Of a stretch of DNA of 64,000 nucleotides, positions 29,835 to 38,977 are shown one piece after another. The notes below the pieces were generated by a model. The model worked only from the letters and a program-made list of their open reading frames with translations. It ran no database searches and was not told the origin of the DNA. Position 1 is the stretch's first letter; each line of letters begins with the position of its first letter. Source of the stretch: Candidatus Thorarchaeota archaeon SMTZ1-45 (GTDB taxonomy: Archaea > Asgardarchaeota > Thorarchaeia > Thorarchaeales > Thorarchaeaceae); the NCBI GenBank assembly GCA_001563335.1, contig LRSL01000058.1, forward strand, positions 12,648 through 76,647, read 5' to 3'. The position numbers and the translations under genes were made by a program.

Positions 29835-30470
29835 TCAACTTTCTAAACATGTAGTCCCAGCATCTTTTCCAAGGTCAAAAGCTTTTGAGTTGGCGTTGAT
29901 TGTTTTTGGTGGGACCAGTGCAAGGAGAGCCTTCCTTACCTCTTCAGCTGGGATTGGGAAGTCTTCACATGCAACAGTTGCCCCAATTAGCACTGAATTT
30001 TCAGTCCTTGCATTTCCAGCTTGAATCGCCAAGTCTAACGAATCTAGCAATACTATTCGAGATGTCACTTGCTCTAGTTTTTTGACTATTTCATCGACTG
30101 TTAGATAATTTGTTTTCTTTTCTTTGTCAAGAGCTACATTCTTGGTTTCGGTGACTGATGGCATTATCCGGTTACTCATGATCACAACACCATCTTCTTT
30201 GAGATACTCAACATATCTCAAAGCCTCACTGGCTTCCATGGCAATCATCATGTCAGCTTTACCATAGGGAATGAGAGGAGATATTGGGTCTCCGATTCTG
30301 AAATGCACATAGATTGAGCCTTGTCTTTGTGAGAGACCGTGCTGTTCCCCAGTCATTACTTTAAGACCTGAGTCCACTGCTGCCTTTCCGAGAATGGCTG
30401 AAAGAAGCATGAGCCCCTGACCACCTACACCTGCAAACATGATATTGAAGGTCTTGCCTGCTTCGCTCAT
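29835..30470 (-). CDS. iorB: Indolepyruvate:ferredoxin oxidoreductase subunit beta
   Basis: GVGGQG, EQHGLSQRQGS, EALRY and N.KAFDLG motifs; overlaps iorA by 4 bp. Confidence 0.92.
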   Translation of the reverse strand: MSEAGKTFNIMFAGVGGQGLMLLSAILGKAAVDSGLKVMTGEQHGLSQRQGSIYVHFRIGDPISPLIPYGKADMMIAMEASEALRYVEYLKEDGVVIMSNRIMPSVTETKNVALDKEKKTNYLTVDEIVKKLEQVTSRIVLLDSLDLAIQAGNARTENSVLIGATVACEDFPIPAEEVRKALLALVPPKTINANSKAFDLGKDAGTTCLES

Positions 30471-32386
30471 TTCGCCACCTCCATATGCTGGGGAGCATCA
30501 ACAGGACACACTTGTCTACATTCAAGACATCCATCACACAGGTCCTGTTGGATAATCATCTTTGCATCAGTTTCATCAATTGTGATTGCAGGACAATAAA
30601 ACTCCTTCACGCAAGCATAGATACCTCTGCATGTTTCTTTCACATTTTCACTAGGTATTATTTTCTCTCCATGTTTTTTCTTCTCACGGTCGCCATATAG
30701 TGCACACTCACGGCGGGAGATGATTACAGAGAACCCTTCAAACTCTAATGCTTCTTGGATTGTATTGATACAATCACGAGTTTCGTAGGGGTCAATTATC
30801 ACAATCTTATCCGCCCCTAATGCCTCGAACATTTTTTCCATGTTGATCTTTCGTGCTGGAGTGCCGCCTGCATTAAAGGGTGAGTTGGGATTGAATTGTT
30901 GACCAGTCATAGCTGTGACTGAGTTGTCTAGCACAAACAGTGTGACATTGGAGTTGTGATGAATGAGATTAACGATTCCAGGTAGTGCAGCATGATACAA
31001 TGTGCTGTCACCTACCATGGCAATCACCTTGTCTTCAAGAGCCATCTCCATTCCCGCTGATAGACCAAGAGAAGCTCCCATAGCCAACATTGAATCGGAG
31101 AACTGATTTGGAGGTAGAAATGCCATCGAATAACAACCAATGTCATTATTGAAAACGATTTTATCTCGAATCCTTAACCGTTGCAAAGCTTGTCTTAATG
31201 CCCAGAGCGTTCCTCTATGAGGACAACCTGGACAGAAGATAGGTGGTCTCTCAGGCAGTATCTCTTTGAGTTTTTCTGCTTTCTTTAGTATAGCATCATA
31301 GTCTAAACTGATTTTTTTATCGGTAACTTCTGCTAGCACCTTCTCTACAATAGGTACATTATACTCTAGCATTTCAGAAAAATGTCTACTCTTTTTGCCT
31401 ACAATATTTAGATTTAGATTCATTCTTTGTGCGAGAGCAGCAATTCTAGTTTCTAGGTATGGTGTTAATTCTTCAACAACAATCAGAGTTGACAGTGCAT
31501 TGATAAATTCAGAGAGTTTCTTCTCTGGAAGTGGAAAAATTGTTCCTAGTTTAAATACAGGTAGATTGATACCAAGATTCCGCATTGCTTCTTTGACATG
31601 AAGAAAACAAACACCTGCAGTGAGTATCCCCACACTGCCGCTGCCTGGCACAACTGAATTGAAGTCAGTCTTTTCAAAGTCTTCTTTGATTGCTTCAGCT
31701 TTTTCTAAGAGCCTAGCCTTCAGAGCTCGTGCAACTGATCCAACTGTAAAATATTGACCCTTGACATCAGCCCATTTGTTCTTCTTGAATGGTGACCTAT
31801 CCAGTTTTCCAAGATTGACTATTCCTCTTTGATGATTTACTCGAGTAGTAGTTCTCATGATGACAAGTGTCTTATGTTTCTCTGAAACCTCGAATGCCCA
31901 TTTAGTCATATCAAGCGCTTCTTGAGCTGTAGATGGCTCAATCATTGGAACATATGCAGCTTCGCCAAAATATCTTCCATCTTGTTCAGACTGTGATGAA
32001 TGAGCATAGGGATCATCAGCAATCAAACAGACGCATCCTGCATTGAGACCTGTGTATCCAATCGAAAACATTGAATCACTAGCTACGTTCATTCCAACAC
32101 TCTTCATAGAGGTAAAGGAACGCATTCCTGACATAGATGCACCAGCTACCGTTTCTAGCGCAACTTTCTCATTAGCAGCTATGTGCATTTTGTAATCTCC
32201 AAAATGCTCCAAGACTTCTCCAAATGTGTCTAATATTTCTGAAGTAGGTGAACCTGGATAAAAAGCTACAATCTTTGCATCTGATTCTAATGCTCCTCTA
32301 ACTACAGCCTCATTGGCAAGCATTAGCGCAGGACCACTGTCAGTCCGCTTGACATCTTCTATCGTCATATAGAGTTCTCTCTCCAA
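30467..32386 (-). CDS. iorA: Indolepyruvate:ferredoxin oxidoreductase subunit alpha
   Basis: YPGSPTSE, NEKVALE, SQSEQD, FCPGCPHR, DIGCY, GDST, TAMTGQQ and C-terminal ferredoxin Cys motifs. Confidence 0.95.
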   Translation of the reverse strand: MERELYMTIEDVKRTDSGPALMLANEAVVRGALESDAKIVAFYPGSPTSEILDTFGEVLEHFGDYKMHIAANEKVALETVAGASMSGMRSFTSMKSVGMNVASDSMFSIGYTGLNAGCVCLIADDPYAHSSQSEQDGRYFGEAAYVPMIEPSTAQEALDMTKWAFEVSEKHKTLVIMRTTTRVNHQRGIVNLGKLDRSPFKKNKWADVKGQYFTVGSVARALKARLLEKAEAIKEDFEKTDFNSVVPGSGSVGILTAGVCFLHVKEAMRNLGINLPVFKLGTIFPLPEKKLSEFINALSTLIVVEELTPYLETRIAALAQRMNLNLNIVGKKSRHFSEMLEYNVPIVEKVLAEVTDKKISLDYDAILKKAEKLKEILPERPPIFCPGCPHRGTLWALRQALQRLRIRDKIVFNNDIGCYSMAFLPPNQFSDSMLAMGASLGLSAGMEMALEDKVIAMVGDSTLYHAALPGIVNLIHHNSNVTLFVLDNSVTAMTGQQFNPNSPFNAGGTPARKINMEKMFEALGADKIVIIDPYETRDCINTIQEALEFEGFSVIISRRECALYGDREKKKHGEKIIPSENVKETCRGIYACVKEFYCPAITIDETDAKMIIQQDLCDGCLECRQVCPVDAPQHMEVAK

Positions 32387-32519
32387 ATTCCTATAGTAGT
32401 ATAAGCAACGATTTCAATCCAACATAAGGATTGGCTTGCAGCAGTGGTGTAAAATGATGATTGGACTAAGATACTACACTATCGAATGAATCATTGAATT
32501 TCTAATACCCCATCCTGAA

Positions 32520-32996
32520 TTAGCCACCAGGGCTGCCTTTCCAAGGTGAGTCCTTCCACATTACATCCCAGATTAAATCCTCAGTGAGAGTTTCAGGTTC
32601 AACAACCGTTTTGTGAAGTTCCTTCAATAATGCATGATGTCTAATTTCATCCTCACGTATCATCATGGCAATTGTTTTTACTTGATCACTATCGCTCTGT
32701 TCAGCCAGCTGTCCATAGGTTTCAACAGCCTTTTCTTCCATCTTGATATGAGCTTCAATGCCTCGAGCAATCTTGTCACGCTCCTTTTCACTGATGAAAG
32801 GTGTAGGTCCTTCAACTGCTTTCCGAAGCGATTTGAGTAATTCTGAATGTTTTTTGGAATCTGTTGATACTGCTAGGAGGAGATCCTTTACGAATACATT
32901 TCCTAGTTGCGCAACATTCTCTTTGACAATCTCTATAATCTTTAATTCAAGCTGGATTTGTTTATCGATGAAAGCGAGAGTTTCTTCCTTGTTCAT
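32520..32996 (-). CDS. Ferritin-like/rubrerythrin-like protein
   Basis: QIQLE, DSKKH, HIKME and DEIRH motifs. Confidence 0.8.
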   Translation of the reverse strand: MNKEETLAFIDKQIQLELKIIEIVKENVAQLGNVFVKDLLLAVSTDSKKHSELLKSLRKAVEGPTPFISEKERDKIARGIEAHIKMEEKAVETYGQLAEQSDSDQVKTIAMMIREDEIRHHALLKELHKTVVEPETLTEDLIWDVMWKDSPWKGSPGG

Positions 32997-33155
32997 GTCT
33001 GGTTCACTCCAGATTTCTCTGAAACATTTGGTTCATCTTCCACTTAAGGCTATTCTCAAAGGGATATCTTGATGTTCTGTCTGTTTCATAATTTATATCA
33101 GTATGGACACAAACCAGTTCACTACACGTATTTGGATAATGGATGGAACTATGCT

Positions 33156-33398
33156 ATGGTCAAAGCAGTTTTGTATACAGCACCAAAATGTCCATACTCG
33201 AAATTAGTAAAGGAGTTCCTCAGAGATCTCAATGTTGAGGTTGAAGAGAAGAATGTTCTAACGAATCCTGATGCTTTTCATGAACTCAAGGAGTTAAGTG
33301 GTCAAATGGCAGTCCCAGTGACAAAAATTGATGGAGATTTCTTTGTCGGGTTTGATCGAAGAGCTGAACGAAGACTAAAACGAAAACTAGGGGTGTGA
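33156..33398 (+). CDS. Glutaredoxin (CPYS)
   Basis: YTAPKCPYS, SGQMAVPV and VGFD motifs. Start moved from the TTG at 33069 in the ORF track to the ATG giving MVKAVLY. Confidence 0.88.
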   Translation: MVKAVLYTAPKCPYSKLVKEFLRDLNVEVEEKNVLTNPDAFHELKELSGQMAVPVTKIDGDFFVGFDRRAERRLKRKLGV

Positions 33399-33401
33399 AA
33401 G

Positions 33402-34237
33402 ATGTACGACTTTGTGATAATTGGCTCTGGAGTGACAGGATACGCTGCTGCAATGTATGCTGCCCGGTTGGACCTTAGTGTTGCTGTGATTGGAGATGTC
33501 GAGGGCGGGACTATTACTCTTACTGATGATGTTGCTAATTATCCAGGATATATTCAGCTCACCGGTCAAGAACTTGCTGAAAAACTAAAGGAACATGCCT
33601 TGGATTATCCAGTCCTCATTGAAACTGGTATGGTGATTGATGTTTTCAGAACTGAGGAGAACATCTTCTATGTTGTAACAGAAAACAAGACTTTCTTGGC
33701 TAAATCAATTCTCTTTGCAACAGGTATGAAGGAACGTGAGCTTGAAGTTCCAGGTCATGATGAATTGAAGAATAAGGGTGTAAGTTACTGTGCATTGTGC
33801 GATGCACCTTTGTATAAGGAGAAAGTTGTTGGTGTTGTTGGAGGAAGTGATAGCGCTGTCAAAGAAGCCTTGCTATAATCATAAATGAAACTAATGTGAC
33901 TGAGATTCTTGGGGAACAGAAAGTCATAGGAGTAAAACTCGATAGACCCTACAATGGCAAAGACACATTGTCACTTGATGGGATTTTCATTGCAATTGGT
34001 GGAATTCCTCATTCAGAGCTTGCGAGGAAGCTTGGTGTAGAACTTAACGAAAAGGGCGAGATCAAGATAGACCGCTCAAGTCGTACCAATATTGAGGGTG
34101 TATATGCTGCAGGTGATGTAGCTGATACAGAATTCAAGCAAGCAATCACTGGTGTCGCTGAGGGTGTCCACGCTGCCTACCAAGCGTACAAGTATGTAAA
34201 TGAGAATGAATTCATCTACACCCGCCAGACAATTTGA
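33402..34237 (+). pseudogene. trxB: Thioredoxin reductase split by an internal deletion and frameshift
   Basis: The 5' part ([23 protein letters not shown]) stops at 33878. The 3' part resumes in another frame (IINETNVTEILG...AAGD). The intervening segment, roughly 30-40 aa, is absent. Confidence 0.8.
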
Positions 34238-34243
34238 GATTTT

Positions 34244-34528
34244 CTAATCAGCTTTCAAAGCAATTCGCCAAGGATAGAGTTCTGCATGGAAGATTCCTGC
34301 TTTAACTGCAGGATCGTTCTTCATAATTTCAATAGCCTCTTCTCTTGATTTTGCTTCAATCATCGAGAGTCCAATCAAGACTTCAGAAAACCTTCCTGCC
34401 ATGGTGAGAATTCCATCACTAAGAAGGCGTTGGAGATACTTGAAATGCTCAGCAACAATCTCATTTGTGCCTTCAATCCCATAATCATTGGCAGGTCTCA
34501 ACATTATAACATAAGATTGCGTTTCCAC
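34244..34528 (-). CDS. YciI/YCII-family protein
   Basis: EHFKYL, G.L.MAG and NDPAVKAG motifs. Confidence 0.85.
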   Translation of the reverse strand: METQSYVIMLRPANDYGIEGTNEIVAEHFKYLQRLLSDGILTMAGRFSEVLIGLSMIEAKSREEAIEIMKNDPAVKAGIFHAELYPWRIALKAD

Positions 34529-34569
34529 TGTGAATTACACCTACTCTTCCAATAATCAATCCCGAAATG

Positions 34570-35217
34570 TCAAGTGTCAATGGCTTCAAACAGCTTCTCA
34601 ACAAACATATCGATAGGTGATAGGCCATCAATTGTGATGGTTTCATTGATAATAGTCTTAGGAACACCATAGACCTCATACTTCATTGTCAATTCCTGAA
34701 ACTCAAGTGACTCGATCATCTCGGATGAAATGAGTGGATTGATAATCGATGCTTGATGTGCTAGCCGAGTCATATCAGGACAGTATGGACATTGTGGTGT
34801 GACAAAGACCTTGATGTTGACTGGTTTGTCAATTGAAGCAATGTCTTCAATGATATCAGGTGGTAATGGTGCTGTTCCAGTTGATACATCAATAATAGAA
34901 CCAACTAAAGCTCCAAACTCATGACCCGCAGGAATACCATAGAACTTCACATTATACTTGTCTTTTCCATGAAGCACAAGCGCTGGATGATGTTCCACAC
35001 CCATCTTTTTTGCATCATCAGTATCAAGAGCACCTTTATGCTCTACTATTGTAATCTTGTCAGTCAATTCTGCGAGTTGTTGAACCATATCTTTCACATC
35101 ATTACAATATAGGCAGCTCCTTTCTTCTATGAAGAGATGAATTGTTACATTATTGATGATATTTGTAAAGAGTTCTCGAACTTGTTCTCTAGTAGCATCA
35201 TCCATTTCCACTACCAT
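34570..35217 (-). CDS. Protein disulfide oxidoreductase (PDO / AhpF N-terminal-like, two Trx folds)
   Basis: CLYC, GIPAGHEF, VTPQCPYCP and VYGVPKT motifs. Confidence 0.92.
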   Translation of the reverse strand: MVVEMDDATREQVRELFTNIINNVTIHLFIEERSCLYCNDVKDMVQQLAELTDKITIVEHKGALDTDDAKKMGVEHHPALVLHGKDKYNVKFYGIPAGHEFGALVGSIIDVSTGTAPLPPDIIEDIASIDKPVNIKVFVTPQCPYCPDMTRLAHQASIINPLISSEMIESLEFQELTMKYEVYGVPKTIINETITIDGLSPIDMFVEKLFEAIDT

Positions 35218-35279
35218 CTAAATCACATCCTGATTTTTCATCAGTAAGTAGTAGTTATATTCGCTTTGATTTGTAAACT

Positions 35280-35543
35280 TTAAAACTCCTGAAAGTTTGA
35301 CAAACTTTCAGTTTCATTTGCTGTGTTCGTTGCAGATTCCTCAACTACCTTAACTACAGCTTTTCCATTGAGTTTCATGATTTTTAGCATCTCGAATTGA
35401 GATTTGATCGTAAAACTCTCCCCTTCTTTGAGATGGTCCATCACACCACGACCAAGAGGTCCATTAAGGTACCTCGAATACATATTCGCTATTTTAGCGA
35501 TTTCTTGCTCCCTCGATGACATTGCAAGTCCTCTATCTCGCAA
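35280..35543 (-). CDS. Hypothetical protein
   Basis: Protein-like 87-aa ORF filling the gap between genes. Confidence 0.55.
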   Translation of the reverse strand: MRDRGLAMSSREQEIAKIANMYSRYLNGPLGRGVMDHLKEGESFTIKSQFEMLKIMKLNGKAVVKVVEESATNTANETESLSNFQEF

Positions 35544-35604
35544 ATCAACTCTTCTGAGATATTCCTTTATTTAAATCTAATAGAGGTGCGCGCGAAACAG
35601 TGTT

Positions 35605-36720
35605 TTATACCCACTTTATTCTATTCTCTTCTAAAAGCTCCTCGATTGCTAATGGCACATCGTCTTCATCCTTCAAACGCTTGTTAGCATGAAGCTCAGT
35701 ATCATCACTAACCCCAAAGTCTTCAAGTTCACTACAGCTGAATAATGGTGAAATGTCTAATTCTGAGAATTCATTTTCCTCAGGATGGTCGCTGAAGAGA
35801 TAGAGCTCTGTGAGTTCCTCGCAGTTCTCAAGTGGTGCGAGGTCAATCTTAGTTAATCGATTTCCCGCAAGATCAAGACTTGAGAGTTGCTCTGCTTCAG
35901 CTAATGGACTAATATCTAGAGTAATGAGTCGATTCATCGCAAGTCCCAAGCGCCGTAACTCAGTACATATTGATAGTGGCGAAAGATCAATCTCTTCAAT
36001 CTGGTTTCCGCCCAGTCGAAGTATTCGTAGATCGGGGCAGTTTTTGAATGGTGAAATGTCTATAGTTTTGAGTTGGTTGTGATGAAGATACACAAACCTC
36101 AGTTTAGTACAATTGGATAGAGGTACGAGGTCCACGCTCGAGAGCTTATTGTACATTAAATTCAATTGCATAAAATTGGAGCAGTTCGAAAGTGGAGTCA
36201 AATCTATAGTTTTAATTTCATTGTTTTCAATATCAAGAGTTTCTAGATTCTCGCATCCAGCTAATGGTGAGATATCGATATCACTCAATCCGTTATTGAA
36301 TAGCCTTAACCTTCTGAGAGTCTTTGAAGAACCAATTGGTTTCAGATCTACAGCTTTGATTCGGTTCGATCCCAAATTTATTTCCTCTAAGCCCTCACAT
36401 TTTTCAAGTGGCTTTAGATTAATTGACTTGAACTGATTCTTGAAAAGGCTCAGCTTCAGTAGACTAGGACATCTGCTCAGTGGTGCGAGGTTGATTTCTT
36501 CAAGTAAATTCCCACCCAATTCAAGCTCCTTTAGTTCAGGAATCGCAATGACCGTTTCAAGGTCAATCATTGTGACTCCTTTTCTTGATAGGTCGAGGAT
36601 GGTTTCTTCTTCATCAACCTCAAGTTCACGTGTTTTTCCTTCCTTATCGACATAGATGATTATGGGATCTTCCACCATGAAACTCTCTCCAATATCTTCA
36701 GAATTTATTTCATTCTCCAC
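35605..36720 (-). CDS. Leucine-rich repeat protein (~10-11 repeats of 24 aa)
   Basis: Repeats of CxxLxxLxLxxNxLxxIDLxPLxx. Confidence 0.92.
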   Translation of the reverse strand: MENEINSEDIGESFMVEDPIIIYVDKEGKTRELEVDEEETILDLSRKGVTMIDLETVIAIPELKELELGGNLLEEINLAPLSRCPSLLKLSLFKNQFKSINLKPLEKCEGLEEINLGSNRIKAVDLKPIGSSKTLRRLRLFNNGLSDIDISPLAGCENLETLDIENNEIKTIDLTPLSNCSNFMQLNLMYNKLSSVDLVPLSNCTKLRFVYLHHNQLKTIDISPFKNCPDLRILRLGGNQIEEIDLSPLSICTELRRLGLAMNRLITLDISPLAEAEQLSSLDLAGNRLTKIDLAPLENCEELTELYLFSDHPEENEFSELDISPLFSCSELEDFGVSDDTELHANKRLKDEDDVPLAIEELLEENRIKWV

Positions 36721-36755
36721 ATTAAAGTATTCAATGTTCCGAATACCGAAACTCT

Positions 36756-37340
36756 ATGGTTAGGAGTATTCGAAAAATGTTAATGTTGGATGATGTGTCA
36801 TTTTTCCTGAGTCTCGTAATGCAAACTGAAGAAGAACGAAAATCTACTCTCAAAGACGAAGTAGCTTCAATTGAAGCTGGAGTATTTTTCATCATTCAAC
36901 TGTACATTTTCATGTATTATTATGACTTCCAAGGAGTTGAACTACTAAGATGGATAGGCTGGTTATTGTTTATTCCTGGTTTTCTATTCATCACTCTAGC
37001 AACAACAGCTTTGAGGAAACATGGCTTGCCTGAGGAAGGAAAGGGTTGGGTATTCACTACTGTTTTGGTACAACAGGGTGTTTATGGAATAATTCGGCAT
37101 CCCTTTGCCCTTGGATGGTCGATTCTAACTGTCGCTTTAGCTTTAGTTTCACAATTTTGGTTGAGCATCTTCTGTATGATTATCCAAATTCCTTTGATTA
37201 TTTTTGATATCATACACGAAGAAGAAACAAACATGCAAAGGTTTGGACCAGACTATTTTTCCTATCAGACACACGTTCCGATGATGAATTTCCTTGCTGG
37301 TCTAAGATTGTATTTGAAAAAATGGAGAGCGAAAATTTAG
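36756..37340 (+). CDS. Isoprenylcysteine carboxylmethyltransferase/PEMT-family membrane protein
   Basis: LVQQGVYGIIRHP and EE...RFG.DY..Y motifs. Confidence 0.82.
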   Translation: MVRSIRKMLMLDDVSFFLSLVMQTEEERKSTLKDEVASIEAGVFFIIQLYIFMYYYDFQGVELLRWIGWLLFIPGFLFITLATTALRKHGLPEEGKGWVFTTVLVQQGVYGIIRHPFALGWSILTVALALVSQFWLSIFCMIIQIPLIIFDIIHEEETNMQRFGPDYFSYQTHVPMMNFLAGLRLYLKKWRAKI

Positions 37341-37432
37341 AACATTCAGCAATTCCAAGTCATAGCCACTGAGTTATCTTTTTTAATGACAACTATCCGA
37401 ACCCGACTATCTTATCTTTGGGATGATGATAT

Positions 37433-37798
37433 ATGGAGAAGAAGACTCTTGGCATTTTGTTAACAACTTCACCTTACACCTTCCAAAATAGCCACACGTT
37501 CTATGATCTATGCAAAGCTGCATTAGAGAAGGGGTACGGGGTTAAGGTGTTCCTGTTTGTTGATGGTGTTAATAATGCAAAACTGAACCAAGACCCTGAC
37601 CCTGATAGACCAATGAATGACAAGCTTCAGGAACTTGCTGATGAAGGCGTTGAATTTCAAGCTTGTGGACTTTGTACTTCAGCTAGGGGTTTTGATCAAG
37701 CTGGTTCTGATTTTATTTCTGGGGTTGAAGTTTCAGGATTAACAGAGTTTGCTGAGATAATTGGAGAAGTGGATAGATTCGTATCACTATCTATGTAG
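37433..37798 (+). CDS. dsrE: DsrE/TusD-family sulfur relay protein
   Basis: SPY, VFLFVDGV and ACGLCTSARG motifs. Confidence 0.85.
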   Translation: MEKKTLGILLTTSPYTFQNSHTFYDLCKAALEKGYGVKVFLFVDGVNNAKLNQDPDPDRPMNDKLQELADEGVEFQACGLCTSARGFDQAGSDFISGVEVSGLTEFAEIIGEVDRFVSLSM

Positions 37799-37800
37799 GA

Positions 37801-38160
37801 GTGATAATGATGGAGTTTATAGAAAAACCTATACTAGTCCTTGTAACGAGTAGACCCTTTGGAAAAATCATAGCTGCTGAGGGTTGGCGTGCAGCGGTAG
37901 GAATGTTCGGAATGGACCACACACCTCAGTTACTTTTTCTTGGGAATGGCGTTTATGGCTTAATGAAGGACCAAGATATCATGCATATCCGAATGTTCAA
38001 ATCAACATTCGAGAGCTTTGATGGTCGTATTTGTGCAAGTAAGAAGTCTCTTGAGGAGAGGAACATCTCTGCTGATGAAATCTTCGAGAACGTGGAAGTT
38101 CTAGAAGAAGAAGAAGTTGCGAAAGCATTTGTCGAGAATGAAATTGTACTGACATTTTGA
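37801..38160 (+). CDS. dsrF: DsrF/TusC-like protein
   Basis: RPFG, AEGWR, FLGNGVY and SLEERNI motifs; middle gene of the EFH triad. Confidence 0.78.
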   Translation: MIMMEFIEKPILVLVTSRPFGKIIAAEGWRAAVGMFGMDHTPQLLFLGNGVYGLMKDQDIMHIRMFKSTFESFDGRICASKKSLEERNISADEIFENVEVLEEEEVAKAFVENEIVLTF

Positions 38161-38167
38161 GGAGGAA

Positions 38168-38473
38168 ATGAAAGTGAGGTATCTAATTTGGCTCTCTAAT
38201 CAATGTACCAGCGTAAGAGAAATAATTGAGGTTATGAAGACACAGGGTATCGAAACTGATTTACTATTAGTTCAAGACGGAGTATATCTCGTAGACAAAG
38301 GTTGTCCACATACAGCTGAGATCCAAGACCTTAAGGTCAAAGTTCACGCCTTAAAACAACACATAGAAGAACGAGGTATTAGTGCAAGACTAGTTGTTGA
38401 TGTGGACCAAATTGAGTATCCTGAGTTGGTTGACCTGCTCATGGAGAAATATGATAAAGTCATCTCTTTATAG
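38168..38473 (+). CDS. dsrH: DsrH/TusB-like protein
   Basis: LLLVQDGVY, EERGI and IEYPELVDL motifs. Confidence 0.82.
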   Translation: MKVRYLIWLSNQCTSVREIIEVMKTQGIETDLLLVQDGVYLVDKGCPHTAEIQDLKVKVHALKQHIEERGISARLVVDVDQIEYPELVDLLMEKYDKVISL

Positions 38474-38491
38474 ATAAAGTAGTAAAAGAAC

Positions 38492-38929
38492 ATGAATAAA
38501 AACGAGGGTGAGAATCAAGTGTCTGAGAAGATCTATGTTATCAGTTGTAGTCAAGATTTATTGAGTCTTGGAATGGACAGGTTGAGAACTGCTGTTGATG
38601 GTATGGAGGAGCGAACTCTTTCATTAGACTGGTCGAAGGTAAGATTAGTTCCCGTAATTGCAAATGAGAAGGTTGCTTTCACTGTGGGAGAACAACAATT
38701 TGTACCGATAAAGCCAATCTCAATTCCAGCAAATGCAGTAGTAGTCCAATCATATTATGGTGTCAACGGAATGGGTCATTTATCATGCATAGGCTCGCAA
38801 GAGTTCAAAAGACCTGATGAAGACAGGACTGCGGATATGTCTATATTTCAATCGAGAATCAAAGCCTCTGTCCTTAAAGGAGACCTGCTTGGTCAGGTTT
38901 TGATAGTTCCAGGCAAGCAACATGCTTAG
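38492..38929 (+). CDS. DUF22-like protein
   Basis: PVIANE, IKPISIPANA, YGVNGMG and KGDLLG resemble the archaeal DUF22 family. Confidence 0.55.
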   Translation: MNKNEGENQVSEKIYVISCSQDLLSLGMDRLRTAVDGMEERTLSLDWSKVRLVPVIANEKVAFTVGEQQFVPIKPISIPANAVVVQSYYGVNGMGHLSCIGSQEFKRPDEDRTADMSIFQSRIKASVLKGDLLGQVLIVPGKQHA

Positions 38930-38977
38930 TAAAATCAAATTCTATTAATGAGGACAAGTTCTTTGGTTTCTATACAA

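Noticed and set aside
32387-32519. Possible SECIS or hairpin between the ferritin-like gene and iorA
   Set aside because: Only a 6-bp CAATCC/GGATTG stem, no convincing AUGA/GA core, and no in-frame UGA in the flanking genes.
26138-35257. Recurrent TAGTTA upstream of redox genes
   Set aside because: Short, AT-rich and overlapping probable TATA elements; cannot be distinguished from core promoter sequence.
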